A stretch of DNA of 51,757 bases. Source: a virus (Duplodnaviria > Caudoviricetes). The stretch spans positions 1-51,757 of IMG/VR virus record IMGVR_UViG_3300036717_000008. One strand, given 5' to 3'. Shown here piece after piece: positions 47,778-51,757 of the stretch (positions are counted from its first letter, which is position 1; each line of letters begins with the position of its first letter). The notes beneath the pieces are model-generated. The model saw only the letters and a list, made by a program, of their open reading frames with translations. It was not told the origin of the DNA and searched no databases. A program made the position numbers and the translations under genes.

Positions 47778-49118
47778 ATGCCAAGTATTTATAATCTCCC
47801 GGGACAGTTTAATAACGTCCCCATTGAAGCAGTTAATCGGTTTGCTCAACTTCCATTCTATCTCGTTCATAACGAAATCCAACAGTATGCTGTCTGGAAT
47901 GAGTTTGATCAGGTTTATGGATCTATTCCATGGCAAGAGAACATGGGTTCAACCATGGAAGCTGTAACTCCTCAGCGTTCACCTGTTGGTCGCTCATTGT
48001 TCTTCCCTAATCCTATTACTACTGCTAGTAATAAGGATATCTATCAGATCTCTGAATCAAACGAAACTGCTGTGCTTTACAAGCATAAGTATGGTAGTTT
48101 TGTATTTAACTTCCTCCCGTCTTTTCAAATCTTCTGGGATAAATACATTAAGTTCAACAGTGATGACGTTGTTAAGCAGATTGCTATCTCTAACAATCAA
48201 TTCATTGAAACTCAAATGTTGCAGTGCTGTACCTACATTTATCTGTGTGGTACTGGTTTGATTGGTGGACAACCTACTGGTGCTATGAATTCAGCACTCA
48301 ATGCTGCTGGTTCTAAGACTGCTGCATGGTTGGTTGCTACCACATTGGGTACTGGTAATAATACTGGCGTTCTTCAGAATCTTCGTTTGAGGGACATTAA
48401 ACGTGCTATTATGAACCTCCAAGATGATCTTGGTGCTCCTTCATTTAATGGTTCGTTGAATATGCCTAAGGATAACGAAGGTTTGAAAGGTCGTTATGCT
48501 TTGTTTTGTTCTTCAGAGGATTATTACAACTTTGACTATGATCCTGATGTCAATAAGTTTAGTGGTTCTACTGCTGGTGCTGGTCTTGGTAGTATTAATC
48601 TCGACCTGTTGTTCAATGATTTCAAGGGTTCATTGTTTGGTCAGTTGACCTGTAAGATTAAGAAATACCCGATTCGTTACAACGTAGTTAATACTACTGA
48701 TACATTGGGTAATGTTCTGTGGCCTGCTGGTTTCCCAATTGATCCTGAAATTTTTGATCCTATTGATCAGAAGTGGAAACCCAATCCGTATTACACATCC
48801 TTGGCATCTGCTCCTTTCTCCATTGCTTGGATGCTTGGTAATAACTTCATCAAGACTCTTAAAGTTGGTCCTCCTCCGAAAGAGTTTGCTACTAAGAATA
48901 TGTCTGGTGAGAAGTTCTACTCTCTTAGGTGGAATGGTGAAGTGAGACTTACTGACCAGATCTTGATTACCAATCCTGACGGTTCTATTGAACTGAATGA
49001 TTTTGGTGAAAACTTGCAACTCAAAGCTCAGCTTACACACGGTGTAATTCCTACTGAACGTAGGTTTGCATTCCCGATGCTGTTAGCTCGTAGTCGTCCT
49101 GCTATTCAGGTGAACTAA
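47778..49118 (+). CDS. Major capsid protein
   Basis: 446 aa after the scaffold, own promoter, strongly biased codons; W...YGSIPWQ.NMG.TM pattern. Confidence 0.75.
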   Translation: MPSIYNLPGQFNNVPIEAVNRFAQLPFYLVHNEIQQYAVWNEFDQVYGSIPWQENMGSTMEAVTPQRSPVGRSLFFPNPITTASNKDIYQISESNETAVLYKHKYGSFVFNFLPSFQIFWDKYIKFNSDDVVKQIAISNNQFIETQMLQCCTYIYLCGTGLIGGQPTGAMNSALNAAGSKTAAWLVATTLGTGNNTGVLQNLRLRDIKRAIMNLQDDLGAPSFNGSLNMPKDNEGLKGRYALFCSSEDYYNFDYDPDVNKFSGSTAGAGLGSINLDLLFNDFKGSLFGQLTCKIKKYPIRYNVVNTTDTLGNVLWPAGFPIDPEIFDPIDQKWKPNPYYTSLASAPFSIAWMLGNNFIKTLKVGPPPKEFATKNMSGEKFYSLRWNGEVRLTDQILITNPDGSIELNDFGENLQLKAQLTHGVIPTERRFAFPMLLARSRPAIQVN

Positions 49119-49157
49119 TCTAACTTAACACACTGTAATCTATACAAACGAAATAAT

Positions 49158-49712
49158 ATGAATAAATTCTTCAATAAACTTGCAATTGGTGTTAGTCTTG
49201 GATTGACTCTTTTTGCATGTAGTTCAAAAGCTGGTACAGCTACTGTCACAGTACTTGGTGGTACTATGACTAACCTGTTCAGCTTCACTCCCAATCAAGG
49301 TTCAGTGCTGCTTAAGCAGGTGATTGTGTCACCGGCGACTGGCGTTGTTCCTCAACTGTTGAGTTTGGTTGATACTCCTACTAACTTGCTGGTGTTTACT
49401 ACACTGGCTTATAGTAATAAGATCAGCTACGCTACTAACTATGTTGTTGTTTATACCAACGTTTATGGAGTTGTTACTAGCAATAACTGGTATCAAGCTG
49501 CGGTTGGTAATACTTATACCAACTTCTCTTTGGTAGATATTACCAACTCTGTTCCTCAAGCTACTAATAACTACAATGTTCGATTCTCTGTTGCTGTTGT
49601 TAGTAACTCTCCTCCCATTGTTTATAGTGCTATCAATCAGTATTATGACAATGGTATTTGGGTCACTAATGCTGCTGCTTCTGGTTCTGCTACAGTGACA
49701 ATTGTTTGGTAA
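49158..49712 (+). CDS. Signal-peptide-bearing beta-rich protein co-transcribed with the capsid gene
   Basis: MNKFFNKLAIGVSLGLTLFACSSKA|G; same codon bias as the capsid gene; terminator follows. Confidence 0.75.
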   Translation: MNKFFNKLAIGVSLGLTLFACSSKAGTATVTVLGGTMTNLFSFTPNQGSVLLKQVIVSPATGVVPQLLSLVDTPTNLLVFTTLAYSNKISYATNYVVVYTNVYGVVTSNNWYQAAVGNTYTNFSLVDITNSVPQATNNYNVRFSVAVVSNSPPIVYSAINQYYDNGIWVTNAAASGSATVTIVW

Positions 49713-49719
49713 TGGTTAT

Positions 49720-49754
49720 TGGGTGTGTGGTTGTTGTGGCCACACACCCATTTT
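49720..49754 (+). terminator. Intrinsic terminator
   Basis: TGGGTGTGTGG...CCACACACCCA followed by TTTT. Confidence 0.85.
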
Positions 49755-49779
49755 AGTTTAAATTTAAATTTATAATTTT

Positions 49780-50199
49780 ATGGGAGTTAGAGTAATAAAT
49801 ACAGTTGAGAAGAATGTTGTACCTAAGCCATATAACTTGGTGGTGGTACCAGCTAATAAGCCCATTCAAGTTCTAGCTGCTATCAATAATGATTTTGAAG
49901 AGTATGCTGCTAGGTATATCCAGAATGTTGGAACTGGTATAACCTATTACAATTTCACTTCTGGAACTCCTGCTGGTACTGGTGTTACATCCACTGATCC
50001 TGCTGGTATTGGGCCTAATCAATTTTGTGGTATAATGAACGGTGCTGGAACAGTTGATAGTAATGGATTTGGTTATGGTCAACAGGTGGATTGTTCTAAT
50101 CATCCCGGTGATGTATGGGTATATAGTACAACTGGTACCACCATTGCCATTACTGTTCTGATTCGTAAAGACTTAATTCGTGGTGGTAATCCGATGTAA
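49780..50199 (+). CDS. Virion structural protein candidate
   Basis: ARYIQNVGT...YYNF beta-sandwich-like pattern. Confidence 0.6.
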   Translation: MGVRVINTVEKNVVPKPYNLVVVPANKPIQVLAAINNDFEEYAARYIQNVGTGITYYNFTSGTPAGTGVTSTDPAGIGPNQFCGIMNGAGTVDSNGFGYGQQVDCSNHPGDVWVYSTTGTTIAITVLIRKDLIRGGNPM

Positions 50200-50203
50200 T
50201 GAT

Positions 50204-51757
50204 ATGAGAAAATATCTATCTATAATTTCTGTTTGTGCATCATTGGTTGTCACGTCTGCTTATGGTTTAGGTGGGATGGTTAATAGTACAATCTCTGGTA
50301 CACCTTTTCCATTTAATGTGGGGAGTGTGGTGACTAACTTTACGTTCATCTCGCCCATGCAGTTTGGTGCTGTGGGGAACGGGGTGGCGAATGACACTGC
50401 AGCGCTGTCAAACTCGGTGGCGGCAATGAACGCGGGGAACATCCTTAATTGGGATGGGCAGGGGCAGACGTATTATATAACGTCTGGTGTGGCGTGGACC
50501 GGAGGACACATCGAGGTGCGCAATGCCACGATCGTGATCCCCAGCAATTTTCTAGGGTCGGTCTTTATTCACAGCCAAAACGGCCTGCCGGTGAGTGGGG
50601 CGAATTTTCATAACCTCACGATAGAAAGAATTGGAACAAATGCCCCCGATCCATCCGTTGTAGGTATCCAAAATGGTGTATTGGGATTTGGCTATTTCGA
50701 AGATTTAAAAACGGAATTTGTTCACTTTTCCAACCTGTGGCGGTGCGTGGAAATTATCAACACTCCTCAATTTGACATCAGGCATTGTTTTATGGGTAAT
50801 TGTTGGAGTAATAAAGTATATGTTGCTCAATCTGTTGCTCAATCACAAACTTCTAGCGAAGGAGGTGATGAATCAATTATCACATTGAACGACATGAACA
50901 CGCTGGATGACAATGGATCGTCACCGACCAGCGTTGTTGATTCACAGCGTCATAATTGCATCGACATCCAACTGGATGCGTACTGCATTCACCTGGAGGT
51001 CTCGTACAATAACGGCGGCAGCGATAAGCAGGCAGTGAAAGTTTCCCCATGGGTGGGTGGATCAACGATCTTTTTCCGGGGTGGCGAATATGAAGGGATG
51101 TTTGCGAACTATCCCACAAATCTGTGCGAGTTCGAAATCTGGAACTCAGTGGTGCACTTCGAGGACTGTCATATTGCGGGGAACGGTGTCTTTGGAACAA
51201 GTAATTATCTTGCCGCAATTGGTTTGTACGCGACGAACGGTCAGCATATCTCTTTCCGGTCGGACACGTTTACCGGCCAGCTGTCGAATGAGACGAACGT
51301 ATTCGATATTTGGACGGCAGACGGATTCCTGGGCAACATCGATTCCGCCCAGTTTCCTCAATACTTGTCAGCCAATACGTGCGGCTTCACATGGCACACT
51401 AACCTCTATGACGTGGGGGTGAATTATCCCTTGCAGGGCACGTATGGGATCAACGGCCTCGCAGGGACTAATATAATAGTTGACGCACCGAATGGAGGGA
51501 CAGTGACAATCGGCACGGCGAATTGCATGGTGGCGCTCAACGAAAACGGGGTGGGGCAGTACTGCACGTTCGGAAATGAGGCATATTTCAACAATGGTTT
51601 TTTGTCGCTTGGGAATGCTTATTTTAACAGCGGAGTCACGGAAAACGGAGGAAGACCAGACATGTCGGTCAATGCTCCTTATTCTCACGTCTTAGACTTT
51701 TTTGTGCAATCATCAGGTTTGTCGGATTTCCATTTCGTGAATGGCACGAACTGGATG
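50204..51757 (+). CDS. Tailspike/depolymerase-like beta-helix protein with N-terminal signal peptide (continues to 337; absent from ORF track)
   Basis: MRKYLSIISVCASLVVTSAYG|LG...ISPMQFGAVGNGVANDTAAL (Pectate_lyase_3-type start); open to the window end. Confidence 0.85.
   Translation, partial: MRKYLSIISVCASLVVTSAYGLGGMVNSTISGTPFPFNVGSVVTNFTFISPMQFGAVGNGVANDTAALSNSVAAMNAGNILNWDGQGQTYYITSGVAWTGGHIEVRNATIVIPSNFLGSVFIHSQNGLPVSGANFHNLTIERIGTNAPDPSVVGIQNGVLGFGYFEDLKTEFVHFSNLWRCVEIINTPQFDIRHCFMGNCWSNKVYVAQSVAQSQTSSEGGDESIITLNDMNTLDDNGSSPTSVVDSQRHNCIDIQLDAYCIHLEVSYNNGGSDKQAVKVSPWVGGSTIFFRGGEYEGMFANYPTNLCEFEIWNSVVHFEDCHIAGNGVFGTSNYLAAIGLYATNGQHISFRSDTFTGQLSNETNVFDIWTADGFLGNIDSAQFPQYLSANTCGFTWHTNLYDVGVNYPLQGTYGINGLAGTNIIVDAPNGGTVTIGTANCMVALNENGVGQYCTFGNEAYFNNGFLSLGNAYFNSGVTENGGRPDMSVNAPYSHVLDFFVQSSGLSDFHFVNGTNWM
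51631..51757. repeat. 127-bp direct terminal overlap, copy 2
   Basis: Identical to 1..127. Confidence 0.97.

Noticed and set aside
50260-51688. Track ORFs 50260-, 50880-, 51057+, 51146- and 51368-
   Set aside because: They are shadows of the origin-spanning tailspike ORF.

Overview
Complete circular (or circularly permuted) genome of a tailed dsDNA phage, 51,630 bp unique plus a 127-bp end overlap, AT-rich (roughly 36% GC by eye). No integrase or repressor is recognisable, so it is probably virulent; the gene order is podovirus-like. The + strand (39.7 kb, across the origin, to 14.85 kb) carries packaging and virion genes: terminase, portal, scaffold, major capsid, tailspike, tail fibres, nozzle/adaptor and internal virion proteins. 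The - strand (38.0 kb down to 14.85 kb) carries early and replication genes: SF2 helicase, ATP-dependent ligase, PD-(D/E)XK nuclease, dNMP kinase, NTase, Sak4-like ATPase, family A DNA polymerase, DUF3987-like helicase and MazG. Three features stand out. (1) The DNA polymerase is broken by a UAG just before motif A and continues in the +1 frame, and the same operon encodes a CCA-ending tRNA with a 9-nt anticodon loop (GUUACUAAA) containing ACUA. This is a candidate natural quadruplet/+1-frameshift decoding system; a genuine two-subunit polymerase is the alternative. (2) The phage encodes a minimal sigma-54 enhancer-binding AAA+ protein with no HTH or receiver domain, and carries eight intergenic -24/-12 promoter motifs heading its operons, with tandem NrdR-like boxes and an IHF site at the divergence point. 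(3) Several virion-module proteins, including the tailspike, have Sec-type signal peptides and are rich in [S/T]N. There are also several structured non-coding elements. A Verrucomicrobiota host is a weak inference only.
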